Shown here piece by piece: positions 49,107-59,680 of a DNA stretch of 64,000 bases. The position numbers and the translations under genes are program-made. Source of the DNA: an uncultured Pseudomonadota bacterium (GTDB lineage Bacteria > Pseudomonadota > Alphaproteobacteria > Rs-D84); the NCBI GenBank assembly GCA_902774285.1, contig CACYHO010000001.1:6888-70887 (forward strand), written 5' to 3'. The first letter of the stretch is position 1; each line of letters begins with the position of its first letter. The notes beneath the pieces were generated by a model, which did no database searches, was not told the DNA's origin, and was given only the letters and a program-made list of their open reading frames with translations.

Positions 49107-50438
49107 TTATTTCTTCAAATATTGTGTTGGGTTGTATGCTTTGGTCCCCTTGCGAATTTCAAAATGAAGTTGCGGTTGATCAACCTTGCCTGTTTTTCCA
49201 ACGCGACCTATTTGTGTTCCGACATTAACACGCGCACCACGTTTAACAGCCATAGAATCAAGATGTGCATATATCGTCATCCATCCATCACTGTGTTGAA
49301 TAATTATTAAATTACCCATGCCTTTGACTTCATTACCAGCATACGCGACAACGCCATTTTCTGCTGCTTTGACAGCCGTCCCCTGCGCCGCAGCAATATT
49401 GATACCATCATTAAATAAACCATTATTTTTTGCACCATATGCAGATAAAATCTTGCCCCGCAACGGCCATGAAAACTTTGAACTTGAACGCGCAACAACC
49501 TTTGGCAATTGTTGTTTTGGATTTGAAGATATCTTTTGTTTTTCTGTATTTTTCGCAACAATTTTTGTATCAACTGTTTTTGTGGTTGTTTTATTTTCTG
49601 TTGTATTTTTCGCAGGTGTTATTTTTTCTGTTTTTATTTCAGATGCAGATACTGTTTTAACATTGTTTAACTTTGGCACTTTGATTTTTTGACCAACAGA
49701 TAAAACAAACGGACTGGATATTTTATTCATAACCGCCAAATCATTAACCGGTATTTCATATTTACGCGACAAAGAATACAATGTATCGCCCTTTTGTACC
49801 GTGATTTCTTGCAAATCAACACGTTTGGTTCCTGTTGGTTTTATTGCTTCTTTGGCCACAACTTTTTCTTTGGCGATAACATTTGGCACTTCCTGGTTTA
49901 CAGTTGCGCTTCGTTTTGTTGTTAATTTTTGACCGATTGATAAAGTATAAGGTTCGTGTAAATCATTTATTTGCGCAAATTCAGAAACAGTCATACCGTT
50001 TTTACGTGCCAAAGAATAAACAGTATCCCCCTTGGCTACGATAATTATATCACCTAATTCTTTCTTTAGTGTTTCTTTATCTATAACACTGTTTCCGCCA
50101 TACATAGGCACAATCAAATAATCTGATTGTTCTTCTGCTGTTTTTGTTTCTGAATTTTCTGGGACCAAAACATAATCATCAACACTGGCATATAAAACAT
50201 AATCGTTTATATTTGTTGACCCATATAATTCAGGCGACGCATACACACCATAATCTGTCACAGCAGAATTATAAATTTCAGGTTGTGTGTTTGGGTCTGC
50301 CAACAATGCAGGATATCTGTCTTCGATAAACATACCGATACTATCTGGAATTGAAGCAATTTTTGGTTGTAAATCACATGCACCCAAGACCAGTGCACAC
50401 AAAGCAGACACTTTAAAAAAAGTTTTATGCATTCTCAC
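49107..50438 (-). CDS. LysM x2 + M23 lipoprotein (NlpD/DipM-like)
   Basis: LGAC lipobox, two KGDT.YSL LysM repeats, NDGINI, YAH, PQLHFE (degenerate zinc ligands as in NlpD). Confidence 0.88.
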   Translation of the reverse strand: MRMHKTFFKVSALCALVLGACDLQPKIASIPDSIGMFIEDRYPALLADPNTQPEIYNSAVTDYGVYASPELYGSTNINDYVLYASVDDYVLVPENSETKTAEEQSDYLIVPMYGGNSVIDKETLKKELGDIIIVAKGDTVYSLARKNGMTVSEFAQINDLHEPYTLSIGQKLTTKRSATVNQEVPNVIAKEKVVAKEAIKPTGTKRVDLQEITVQKGDTLYSLSRKYEIPVNDLAVMNKISSPFVLSVGQKIKVPKLNNVKTVSASEIKTEKITPAKNTTENKTTTKTVDTKIVAKNTEKQKISSNPKQQLPKVVARSSSKFSWPLRGKILSAYGAKNNGLFNDGINIAAAQGTAVKAAENGVVAYAGNEVKGMGNLIIIQHSDGWMTIYAHLDSMAVKRGARVNVGTQIGRVGKTGKVDQPQLHFEIRKGTKAYNPTQYLKK

Positions 50439-50487
50439 GCTTTGAATTATATCATAAAATCAATGTAAAATAAAATGGTTATGCGCA

Positions 50488-51189
50488 CTAATCACGCATA
50501 AACATTAAACTGATTTCAAACAATAATAACATTGGGACAGCCAATAAAATCTGGGACAATATATCTGGCGGTGTTAGCATTGCCGCCAATATAAATACAC
50601 CAATTATGACATATCTGCGACTTTTGATTGCTGTCTGCTTTGAAAGCAACCCGACCCTGTTTAAACCAACTAATATCAACGGTAATTGAAAAGCCAACCC
50701 AAATACTTTTAGCAACCCGATAGAGAACGCCAAATATCCTTTGATTGATGGCAATAATACTGTTGGCACAGATGCAGATTCATTTATTTCAATGAAGAAT
50801 TTAAATACAAACGGGAACAAAACATAAAAAGCAAATGCCGCACCCAACACAAACAATAATGGTGAAAAAACAAATATCGGTATCAAAAATTGTTTTTCAT
50901 TTTTATGAAGTCCTGGTGCAATATATGCCCAAACATTCCATAACAACACTGGCACAGTTATAATCAACGCAACCAATGTAGCCAGTGAAAACTGTATCAT
51001 TAAACCATCGGTTATTTCCGTATATAATAATGCCGCGTTTTCCCAAACGTTCATCAAAGGCGCACTTAAAAAAGATTCAACACTATCAGACATTATCCAT
51101 CCAAAAACGAAAGACAACACAAACACAACCGCAGTCCACAATATCCTGCGACGCAATTCTGAAAAATGTTGCATTAATGTCATCTTCAT
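50488..51189 (-). CDS. tatC: twin-arginine translocase TatC
   Basis: HFSELRRR, APGLHKNE, FQLP, LTPPD..SQ. Confidence 0.96.
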   Translation of the reverse strand: MKMTLMQHFSELRRRILWTAVVFVLSFVFGWIMSDSVESFLSAPLMNVWENAALLYTEITDGLMIQFSLATLVALIITVPVLLWNVWAYIAPGLHKNEKQFLIPIFVFSPLLFVLGAAFAFYVLFPFVFKFFIEINESASVPTVLLPSIKGYLAFSIGLLKVFGLAFQLPLILVGLNRVGLLSKQTAIKSRRYVIIGVFILAAMLTPPDILSQILLAVPMLLLFEISLMFMRD

Positions 51190-51455
51190 TTTTTGCGTAC
51201 CCGTTTTTTAGTTTTTTTAACGGTTTCACCGAACACATCTTTCGTTGCATTTTCTAACAAATCATCAATTGGTTTTTCAAGATCGATTCTTTGTTGTAAA
51301 TTTTCTGAAAAGTCAGTTATTTTCCAAATAATATTTCTAATATATTTAAATACACGTGCTAAAAATTTAGCGACATCAGGCCAATACTTCGCAGGCACAA
51401 CACAAATTGCAACTAATAAAATTACTAAAAATTCAGTCCAACTGATTCCCAGCAT
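51186..51455 (-). CDS. tatB: twin-arginine translocase TatB
   Basis: MLGISWTEFLVI...P...P amphipathic helix; overlaps tatC start. Confidence 0.8.
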   Translation of the reverse strand: MLGISWTEFLVILLVAICVVPAKYWPDVAKFLARVFKYIRNIIWKITDFSENLQQRIDLEKPIDDLLENATKDVFGETVKKTKKRVRKK

Positions 51456-51463
51456 ATTATACC

Positions 51464-52078
51464 TTAATCGTAAAAATCATCGCCATCGTTTGTTGACGCT
51501 GTTTTATGACGTGACAATTGAAAATAATTCTTTCCAAAATCTGTTTTTATTTTCAAATCATTAAATACCACATCGGTTTTAGCAGATGTCGCATCAACCA
51601 CAGACCAAGATTTTAATTTCACAGGACTTTTATCAAATACCACATCCATGTGTCCCAAACCTTCTTGATCACGCAAATTCATCTTTAAAGTAAAAGTGTT
51701 CTTATCAGAACTTGTTTCGTATACATTGATATCAGCATTCTGTAAATCTATTTTTTTACGAACCAATATTCCGGCCGGTGTACTGGTTAATGGAACAGTT
51801 GTAATTTGATCCAAAGATTTATCATAAAAGTATAAATCTTTGCCATCAGAAATTAATTGTATTGGTGCATTTTTATAATCTAATCTGACACGGCCTGGAC
51901 GCAACATTGAAAAAAGTCCCGTTTGTGTTTTACCATTTGATGTTTGTGTAAAACCACCATTTAAACCAGTTATAGAATTCAGATATTTTTCAGCCGATAT
52001 AACCAGATTTTTATCCACGGCAGCATTTGCACCGACACACACAAACAAAGAAAATAATATTGTTATTATTTTTTTCAT
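51464..52078 (-). CDS. lolA: outer-membrane lipoprotein carrier LolA
   Basis: FTQ...G...RPGRVRLDY, ISDG, PL.STP. Confidence 0.88.
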   Translation of the reverse strand: MKKIITILFSLFVCVGANAAVDKNLVISAEKYLNSITGLNGGFTQTSNGKTQTGLFSMLRPGRVRLDYKNAPIQLISDGKDLYFYDKSLDQITTVPLTSTPAGILVRKKIDLQNADINVYETSSDKNTFTLKMNLRDQEGLGHMDVVFDKSPVKLKSWSVVDATSAKTDVVFNDLKIKTDFGKNYFQLSRHKTASTNDGDDFYD

Positions 52079-52080
52079 TC

Positions 52081-53031
52081 CTACATCCCCTTGAAAGCAT
52101 TTATAATTTTATCACGAACATTTTGCAAACTGTCTTCGATCACAGCACCAGCAGCACACATATGTCCACCCCCACCCATAGATTCTGCAATTTTATTAAT
52201 AGGTATTTCACGTGACCGAATAGAAATACCAATCAAATTCTCTTTGTGTTCTTTTAATAATACAACGTATTGAACACCGTGTATTTGGGCCAGCAATGAT
52301 AAAACTATTTCGCCACGACCATCCAATTTTTTATAATCTTCATGGGATATTGTTGCAAGCGCAAGACGACCTTTCATAAAAAATTCTGCTTCTGATACAA
52401 CTTTTGATTCTACCAATACAGTCTTTTTATCTTTATTGTTCAACAGATTTACCAAACGTGGTATATCAGCCCCTGCTTCAAGCAATTTGGCCGCATCTTT
52501 GAAAACATCACTGTGTCTAACAAATTTAAAATTGCCAGTATCTGTAATGATTGCCAGCATTAAAAGATCAACTATATCTTGATCAATATTAAAATCGGCA
52601 TCTCTTACAATATCGTAAATTATTTGAGATGTGGCGGCCTTTTCTTCATCATCAAAACATAAATTACCAACAATATCATCGTTAAAATGATGATCGATTT
52701 CAACCACAAAATCCGCAGCATTTACATACTTTTCAGCACCGCCAAGATGCTTTCTTGTTCCATAATCAACCAAGATGTACAAATCATAATTTGAGTTTTC
52801 TGGCAAATTTTTATAAAACACAGCTTCTTTACGAAGCGGAACATTATCCAATTCGCGCGGCACATTACCATCATATATAACTGTTGCTTTTTTACCAAAA
52901 TTTAATTCTATGATTTTCATTAATGCCAGCGCAGAACACAAAGCATCACCATCCAGATTCTTGTGCCCAGATATAGCAATTGATTTAGCATTTTTTATTT
53001 TTTCTATAAAAACTTGTACTTTTTTCTTCAT
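52081..53031 (-). CDS. nrnA: DHH/DHHA1 phosphoesterase (NrnA/Pde2-like)
   Basis: H.N.DGDA, VD, IDHH, TDTG.F, SIRS, GGGGH. Confidence 0.85.
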   Translation of the reverse strand: MKKKVQVFIEKIKNAKSIAISGHKNLDGDALCSALALMKIIELNFGKKATVIYDGNVPRELDNVPLRKEAVFYKNLPENSNYDLYILVDYGTRKHLGGAEKYVNAADFVVEIDHHFNDDIVGNLCFDDEEKAATSQIIYDIVRDADFNIDQDIVDLLMLAIITDTGNFKFVRHSDVFKDAAKLLEAGADIPRLVNLLNNKDKKTVLVESKVVSEAEFFMKGRLALATISHEDYKKLDGRGEIVLSLLAQIHGVQYVVLLKEHKENLIGISIRSREIPINKIAESMGGGGHMCAAGAVIEDSLQNVRDKIINAFKGM

Positions 53032-54782
53032 AACGCTATGTCTTCCAAAGTGAATTGTGCGCTTACGCGACCGTTATATTCATTTTCTTTCAGTTTACCT
53101 AACATCATTATTGTAGTATTTGTATTTGCATCGTCCAGTAAAAAATCACCAACTGGTGTTCCTACCAAATTAAACCCAACAAAAGATAATTGATTACCAT
53201 TGCTGCAACGAACCATTCCACGCAAATGCGCACCGTTTCCCATAACCGTTGCAAATTTTAAAACCGCACCACGCAATACCAATGTTGGTTCTGGATTACA
53301 TTGACCAAACGGTGCCAAATCAGATAACTTTTCGACCAACTTCATATCAGCGCTGCCCGCATCAATTTGTGCATCAACAAATATTTCTGGATTTGGTTTT
53401 ACACCACCCAGCTGTTCATTAACAGATTTTTCAAGAAAATCACAAAAATCTTTTTCTTTATCAACGTTTAAGGTGAATCCAGCAGCTGCAGCGTGTCCAC
53501 CACCTTCTGATAATATACCAAGCGCTAATGCTTCATGGATAATCTTGCCAAGATCTATTTCTGGTATTGAACGTCCAGAACCGTTTATTACCCCATCACA
53601 ACGTGTTGCAACACATGTAGGTAAATTATATTTATCTTTTAAACGCCCTGCGATAATTCCCATAACGCCACCATGCCAATTATCACCACAAACGAATAAA
53701 CTGCATTTTCCATCTCTGCAATATTTATCTGCAATATCAGCAGCATCTATCATTATAGAATTTTGAATATCTATTCTTTCTTGATTCATATGATGCAATT
53801 GATTGGCCAAATCATTAGCAATAAGCGGGTTATCCGTTAACAACAATTCTAATGCAGGTGATGCAGAATCAAGACGCCCTGCTGCATTAAGTCGTGGACC
53901 AATCGCAAAACCAGCAGCATAAACAGAAGGCGTTTTTATACCCGCCAAATCCATTAACGTTCTTAACCCCAGATTCTGGCGCAACCCCATAACTTTTAAT
54001 CCAGTAGCAACAAACGCACGATTCAAACCAATTAACGGCATCGTATCACATATGGTCCCAAGTGCTACCAAATCCATATAATTTAGTAAATTGACCTGTT
54101 GTTTGTCATTATCAAAAAAGTTTCTATTTTTTAATTCACGATTCAAAGAAACCAATGTTAAAAAAGCAACGCCCACCCCTGCCAAAAAAGAAAGATTTGA
54201 TGTGTCGTCACTGCGTTTCGGGTTCACAACAGCATCTGCATTTGGCAAAACAGCATCTGGGGAATGATGGTCAGTTATAACAACTTTTAATCCAAGTTCT
54301 TTGGCTTTATCTACTTCTGCATTACCACTTATCCCACAATCAACAGTTATCATCAAAGAAACACCGTCTTTCGCGATCTGTTCAATTGCAGCAACATTTA
54401 ATCCATAACCTTCACCTTCACGTGTTGGTAAATGCCAAGATACATCAACACCAATGCTGCGTAAATATTTTACAAAAATTGCAGTAGATGTTACACCATC
54501 AACATCATAGTCACCATATATAGCGATTTTTTCACCATTACATATGGAATCTGCAATAACGCGTGTTGCATTGTCCATATCTTTTAAAACATATGGATCA
54601 GGCATATATTCTTTAATAGAAGGATGTAAAAACACATCAACAGCATCATCGCCAACAATTCCACGTGACGCCAGAATATTTTTGACCAAATTTGTTGTAT
54701 CGTTTAAATCTGATTCCAGACTATAATCATCCGACACAGTCCAGGCTTTTCCAAGCATGGACTTTTCTACTATCTTTCGCAC
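53028..54782 (-). CDS. recJ: ssDNA exonuclease RecJ
   Basis: YGDYDVDG, TVDCG, TDHH, PRLNAAGRL, GSGRS, GGH, APFG..NPEP. Confidence 0.97.
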   Translation of the reverse strand: MRKIVEKSMLGKAWTVSDDYSLESDLNDTTNLVKNILASRGIVGDDAVDVFLHPSIKEYMPDPYVLKDMDNATRVIADSICNGEKIAIYGDYDVDGVTSTAIFVKYLRSIGVDVSWHLPTREGEGYGLNVAAIEQIAKDGVSLMITVDCGISGNAEVDKAKELGLKVVITDHHSPDAVLPNADAVVNPKRSDDTSNLSFLAGVGVAFLTLVSLNRELKNRNFFDNDKQQVNLLNYMDLVALGTICDTMPLIGLNRAFVATGLKVMGLRQNLGLRTLMDLAGIKTPSVYAAGFAIGPRLNAAGRLDSASPALELLLTDNPLIANDLANQLHHMNQERIDIQNSIMIDAADIADKYCRDGKCSLFVCGDNWHGGVMGIIAGRLKDKYNLPTCVATRCDGVINGSGRSIPEIDLGKIIHEALALGILSEGGGHAAAAGFTLNVDKEKDFCDFLEKSVNEQLGGVKPNPEIFVDAQIDAGSADMKLVEKLSDLAPFGQCNPEPTLVLRGAVLKFATVMGNGAHLRGMVRCSNGNQLSFVGFNLVGTPVGDFLLDDANTNTTIMMLGKLKENEYNGRVSAQFTLEDIAL

Positions 54783-54825
54783 TCTATACTCTTTTTTTTA
54801 TTGTCGGTATTATTATAATACAAAA

Positions 54826-56490
54826 TTATTCAAATAGCAATGGCATGATTCCATCAAGTATCGCACCAGCCGTTGGAACAGCATTCCATGCTGCCGTCTT
54901 CCATCCACCAGATTCCTTTGTACCCTGCGGTTCATCTAACATAATTAATATTACATATTGTGGTGCAGAAACAGGGAATATCCCAGTAAACACGGTAACA
55001 TTTCTATTTTTATCCACATGTTTATCAGAACCACGTTTTTCAGCTGTTCCTGTTTTGCCACCAACTTCTATACCTTTGACCCTGGCTTTTTTGGCAGTTG
55101 TTTCTTCAGCAATATGCAACATTATTGTACGCAATTTAGCAGATATATCTGAATTTAAAACACGTTCCCCACGTACAGCGCCTATATTTCTTTTCAATAA
55201 AGTAGGATATATATATATTCCACCATTTGTCATTGCATTTACCCCCAACAATAAATGCATCGGTGTTACTGCGATACCATGTCCAAAGGCCGCCGTTGCA
55301 CGTTCTGTTGGCCCCCATGTTTTATATGTCATGGCCCGTTCTGTTTTACCAAACTCTAATTGTAAAGGTTTATCAAAATGAATTCGTTCAAAAAACTCTT
55401 TCTGTGCACCTTCTGGTAAATCTAACGCGATTCGGGCACTGCCCACATTACAAGAATACAACATTATTTCCGGTGCTTTCAATGTCCGATGCCCGCCTTT
55501 CTTTACAACATCACGTTTAAAAGATGATACATCATCAATTGGTTTACGCATAGCAGGACGACCATATTTATCATATATCATCAACGGTTCATCAACCTTG
55601 TAATCTTTGTTTTGCAAACCGTTTTCGTAAGCCAAAGCTGTATTAAATATTTTAAATATGGAACCCATTTCAAAATTATCACGCATCAATTTAAAACGAC
55701 GCGTATACACAGGTATTGAATTAATATTATTTGGATCAAAATCTGGTATTTGAACCATAGCGATCATTTCACCAGTAGACGAATTCATTAACATACCCAT
55801 TGCGCCTTTGGCATTATATTTATTCATCGCAATCGTCAATTGTTCATGGAAAATATTTTGAACACGCGAATCTATGGATAAACGTAACGGATCTTTGTTT
55901 TCACGTAAATATTTATCATATATTAATTCTGTACCTTCCAAACCTTCGTCTTTACCAGAAAAACCAACAACATGCGCGAATACATTTCTTTGTGGATAAC
56001 GTCTTTGTGTAAATTGTTCTATCTCAAAACAATCATATAATCTATGTGCTTGTTTTATTTCTTTTATTTGCTCTTCGTTTGCATTCTTTTTTATATACAA
56101 ACCGCGACGTCCAGACCGTATCAAAGCCAAAGCATCTTCTACACTGTAATCTGATGGCGCAATCTTATTAATGATATTTGCAACAGCATTTATATCTTTT
56201 TCTTTTACGCGCGGGGGGAATAGTTTTATATTTCCAGATTTAACACTTTTAGCCAGAACAACGCCATTTCTATCAACGATATCCGCACGACTTTCTATTT
56301 GTGCATTTTGATCATTATATTTTCTGTAATCGTTACTCTGTAATCCCAGTTGCAAAGTTCGCAAAACAAACATCGCAAACAAAAATGAAAAACCAACTTT
56401 GACCCAATGTAAACGTGATGCACTTTCGTAATTATATACGGACCCTTTGTATTCATGTGGTAAAATATCTTTTCCTATGACAAAACGCAT
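54826..56490 (-). CDS. ftsI: class B penicillin-binding protein FtsI
   Basis: RADIVDRNG, GSIFK (SxxK), SCN, KTGTA; coupled to ftsL-like gene. Confidence 0.88.
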   Translation of the reverse strand: MRFVIGKDILPHEYKGSVYNYESASRLHWVKVGFSFLFAMFVLRTLQLGLQSNDYRKYNDQNAQIESRADIVDRNGVVLAKSVKSGNIKLFPPRVKEKDINAVANIINKIAPSDYSVEDALALIRSGRRGLYIKKNANEEQIKEIKQAHRLYDCFEIEQFTQRRYPQRNVFAHVVGFSGKDEGLEGTELIYDKYLRENKDPLRLSIDSRVQNIFHEQLTIAMNKYNAKGAMGMLMNSSTGEMIAMVQIPDFDPNNINSIPVYTRRFKLMRDNFEMGSIFKIFNTALAYENGLQNKDYKVDEPLMIYDKYGRPAMRKPIDDVSSFKRDVVKKGGHRTLKAPEIMLYSCNVGSARIALDLPEGAQKEFFERIHFDKPLQLEFGKTERAMTYKTWGPTERATAAFGHGIAVTPMHLLLGVNAMTNGGIYIYPTLLKRNIGAVRGERVLNSDISAKLRTIMLHIAEETTAKKARVKGIEVGGKTGTAEKRGSDKHVDKNRNVTVFTGIFPVSAPQYVILIMLDEPQGTKESGGWKTAAWNAVPTAGAILDGIMPLLFE

Positions 56491-56780
56491 TATTCACCCA
56501 CCATTGGTATACTATCTATGTGCACAGTTTTACTAAACGATACTGTTTCTGCCTTTGGGTTAACACCTATAACAGAACCACGCAAAGAATCGGCAGAAGA
56601 CAACGCAGAAAACCTGGTTTTTGCGATATCATATTCGTGTCTTGTATTTTCCATATTACGACGCACTTCATCAAGATTAGTATTTTGAACACGATAGGCC
56701 ACTTGCAAAAAAGAAATTATAAAACCGATACCAATTAACATGGCCCAGCCTATATTATACATTTTTTCATCGTCGCGCAT
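56490..56780 (-). CDS. ftsL: cell division protein FtsL-like
   Basis: Single TM plus coiled coil, directly upstream of ftsI. Confidence 0.65.
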   Translation of the reverse strand: MRDDEKMYNIGWAMLIGIGFIISFLQVAYRVQNTNLDEVRRNMENTRHEYDIAKTRFSALSSADSLRGSVIGVNPKAETVSFSKTVHIDSIPMVGE

Positions 56781-56810
56781 AAAAAATCCTTCCTTTATTG
56801 ATATATTGTA

Positions 56811-57173
56811 TCACAAATTCTTAAAAAAACTAATCATAGATTGAATACCATTTAATCGCCCAGCTCCAAAATTTAAATTAAGCGATGCAAATTCACCAGC
56901 CAAATCCATTTCCTTTATTTCTTGAATTGTTTTCCCATCGACAATTGCCAAAATTATTGCAACAATTCCACGAACCATTGAAGAATCTGCACGGCCATAA
57001 AATTTACCATCTTTTGCGCAAATTTGAACAAATGAAGCACACCCAAAAATTTCATTACATGTCGCACCATCTGGAACAGATTCCAAAGATTTACCAAAAT
57101 CCATAACCATTTCTAATTTTTCAACCGGATCTTCAATCAACAACAAAGCATTTTTTATGTCAGAATATTTCAT
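56811..57173 (-). CDS. sufE: SufE sulfur acceptor
   Basis: GCAS.V, ADS.MVRG, R.NG. Confidence 0.88.
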   Translation of the reverse strand: MKYSDIKNALLLIEDPVEKLEMVMDFGKSLESVPDGATCNEIFGCASFVQICAKDGKFYGRADSSMVRGIVAIILAIVDGKTIQEIKEMDLAGEFASLNLNFGAGRLNGIQSMISFFKNL

Positions 57174-57175
57174 AA

Positions 57176-57490
57176 CTACCACCCCTGCTCTGTTAAATCT
57201 AATTCAAGCCGTGCAGCATCACTCATTCGTGATAAATCCCATGCCGGATCCCAAACCAATTTCACATCAACAACTTTGCCGTTTACGACAGATTCTACAT
57301 TTGATTTTACCTGGCTTAAAATATCTTCCATCATCGGACATGTTGGACTTGTGAAAGTCATTTCAATAACAACACTGTCATCATTTATCGCAATACTATA
57401 AATCAACCCCAAATCCCAAATATTCACTGGAATTTCAGGGTCGTACACCTTTTTGATTTCATTGATAATATCTTCGCGCAAATCAGACAT
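57176..57490 (-). CDS. SufT/DUF59 Fe-S assembly protein
   Basis: VYDPEIPVNIWDLGLIY, TSPTCP, WDPAW...RMS. Confidence 0.92.
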   Translation of the reverse strand: MSDLREDIINEIKKVYDPEIPVNIWDLGLIYSIAINDDSVVIEMTFTSPTCPMMEDILSQVKSNVESVVNGKVVDVKLVWDPAWDLSRMSDAARLELDLTEQGW

Positions 57491-58603
57491 TTATTTCAAA
57501 ATTTCCTTTATTACATCAACAACAGATTTAGCATCTTCCATTGTGTTCCACGGACCAACAGAAATCCGAACACTACCATCAATATTTAATTTTTTATGTA
57601 TCCACGATGCACACATATTACCAACCCGGATACAAATATCATGCGCGCCAATCATTGCACCAAAATCAATCACATGCATATCTTTCACAATAAAAGAAAT
57701 CATAGACGCATCACGTTTTGTAAAAATTTTTATTCTTTCGATTTTTGACAATTCATCATACATATATTCAATTAAATCGTGTCCGCTTTTCCAATCAGAT
57801 AAATATTTTATAGCACTTTTCAAACCAATAATTTGTGTCAAAGGCAAAGTCCCCGCTTCAAATTTTTCTGGTGATTTGTTTAACAAAACGGACCCGTCGT
57901 CCATAATGCGATTAACCATACCGCCACCAAATTTATCAACGTTCCACACCTCAGGATTTTTGATATACATTACCCCGACACCTGTATCAGCCCCAATTTT
58001 ATGCCCTGAAAAGACAAGGAAATCGCAATCAAATTTTTTAATATCTATTTTGTTGTGTACGACAAATTGCGCCGCATCCACGATTGTGATGGCATTTGGA
58101 TTAATCTTTCGAATTGATTGTATTATCAACTCAACATCTTGTGCAACACCAATAACATTAGACATTGCTGTTATAACATATACATCTGCCAGTGGAAGAT
58201 TATCTTTATCAATATTTAATTCTTTATCCAATGGCATAACAACAATGTTGCAACCACTATTATTGGCCCACATTTCAAAAGGAAGACGCGCACTATGATG
58301 TTCCAAATCAGAAACCGCAACTGTTAATATTTTATCCGAATATGTGTTTTTTAAGATATTAACTATCCTGTTGATTGCATCAGTTGTCCCAGATGTCCAA
58401 ACAATATTTTCTTTATCTGAATTTATGAAATCCGCAACCGTTTTACGAGATTCATCAACCAAAGTATCAACATGACCTGCACGCGCACAAATTCCACGCC
58501 CGGCATTTGCGTATGAATTAGCCAGAAAATCGGCTTCAGATTCTATCACTGATTGTGGTTTTAACCAACTTGCAGCGGCATCCATATACACGAATTGTTT
58601 CAT
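57491..58603 (-). CDS. sufS: cysteine desulfurase (SufS-type)
   Basis: YMDAAAS, EHHS, DAAQ, FSGHK, FEAGT, RVGNMCA. Confidence 0.88.
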   Translation of the reverse strand: MKQFVYMDAAASWLKPQSVIESEADFLANSYANAGRGICARAGHVDTLVDESRKTVADFINSDKENIVWTSGTTDAINRIVNILKNTYSDKILTVAVSDLEHHSARLPFEMWANNSGCNIVVMPLDKELNIDKDNLPLADVYVITAMSNVIGVAQDVELIIQSIRKINPNAITIVDAAQFVVHNKIDIKKFDCDFLVFSGHKIGADTGVGVMYIKNPEVWNVDKFGGGMVNRIMDDGSVLLNKSPEKFEAGTLPLTQIIGLKSAIKYLSDWKSGHDLIEYMYDELSKIERIKIFTKRDASMISFIVKDMHVIDFGAMIGAHDICIRVGNMCASWIHKKLNIDGSVRISVGPWNTMEDAKSVVDVIKEILK

Positions 58604-58675
58604 ATCGTTTTTCTCTTGCTTTTTGTTACGATTATAATAAACTAAATCGAAATATCAATAACTAAGGAGAAAAAG

Positions 58676-58993
58676 ATGGCACTTAAACATGCTAATGACG
58701 AAACATTTGATTCGATGATTCAAAACGGTTTGACTTTGGTAGATTTCTGGGCTTCTTGGTGTGGTCCTTGCCAAATGTTTGGTCCAATATTTGAAAATGT
58801 ATCTGATGAAAAAACAGATGTTAATTTTGTAAAATTTGAAATTGACGATGTCAACAGACGTACACCTGCAAGATTTGGTATACGCAGTATCCCAAGCGTT
58901 CTGGCATTCAAAGACGGCGAATTAAAAGAAGCCCGCACAGGATTAATGGACGAAGAAACACTTATCAAATGGATAGAAGAATTAAAAGGCTAA
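58676..58993 (+). CDS. trxA: thioredoxin
   Basis: WCGPC, IRSIP. Confidence 0.96.
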   Translation: MALKHANDETFDSMIQNGLTLVDFWASWCGPCQMFGPIFENVSDEKTDVNFVKFEIDDVNRRTPARFGIRSIPSVLAFKDGELKEARTGLMDEETLIKWIEELKG

Positions 58994-58997
58994 TTCA

Positions 58998-59429
58998 ATG
59001 GTAAAAAAGAATTACAAGAACATAACACTTGATCCAAAATATACCCCAAAAAAATCTGAACAATATATGTGCCCTGAACAATTGGCATATTTTTATCAGA
59101 TATTAAACACGCAACGCGATCAAATTATGAATGATCGTGAAAGTGTTTTAAACGATGTTCGTATGGCTGAAAAAAATGAAACAGCCGGGGTTGGCGACGA
59201 ACAAGATCAGGCAACAGCAGAACAAGAAATAACTATGAATTTGCGCATGTCTGAACGCAATGCGAATTTATTACAAAAGATAAACGCTGCACTGGAACGT
59301 ATTGAAAACGGCACATTCGGATACAGTGTTATATCCGGTGACGAAATTGGTTTGCAACGTATGCTTGCACGTCCATTGGCAACAATGACTGTCGAAGAAC
59401 AAGAAGAATACGAACAACGTAAACATTAA
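58998..59429 (+). CDS. dksA: RNA polymerase-binding factor DksA (Cys-less globular domain)
   Basis: YM...QL.YF, DEQDQA coiled-coil tip, I..AL.RI..G.FGY, RMLARPLAT. Confidence 0.9.
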   Translation: MVKKNYKNITLDPKYTPKKSEQYMCPEQLAYFYQILNTQRDQIMNDRESVLNDVRMAEKNETAGVGDEQDQATAEQEITMNLRMSERNANLLQKINAALERIENGTFGYSVISGDEIGLQRMLARPLATMTVEEQEEYEQRKH

Positions 59430-59459
59430 AAAAACACCGCCCAAATGGGCGGTGTTTTT
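59430..59459. terminator. bidirectional terminator between dksA and tatA
   Basis: AAAAACACCGCCC-AAAT-GGGCGGTGTTTTT. Confidence 0.82.
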
Positions 59460-59473
59460 ATATCTAAATAAAA

Positions 59474-59662
59474 TTATTTTGATTTCTTTTTGGCAACAGC
59501 CTTCTTTTTGGCCGATGCAGATTTTGGTTCTTCTTTGACTTCTTTTTTGAAAGTCTTAATACCACTTGCAATATTTTTCATCATCGCAGGGATCTTGGCA
59601 GAACCAAACAATATCAAAATCAAAACAACAATTATTATTATTTCCCAAATACCACCACGCAT
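59474..59662 (-). CDS. tatA: twin-arginine translocase TatA
   Basis: GIWEIIII...LFG.AKIP...GIKTFKK. Confidence 0.93.
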   Translation of the reverse strand: MRGGIWEIIIIVVLILILFGSAKIPAMMKNIASGIKTFKKEVKEEPKSASAKKKAVAKKKSK

Positions 59663-59680
59663 AATTTATCCCCTTTGGTT

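Noticed and set aside
48886-49167. ORFs overlapping tRNA-Lys (and 41076..41474, 41132..41320 over tRNA-Phe)
   Set aside because: Spurious translations across tRNA genes
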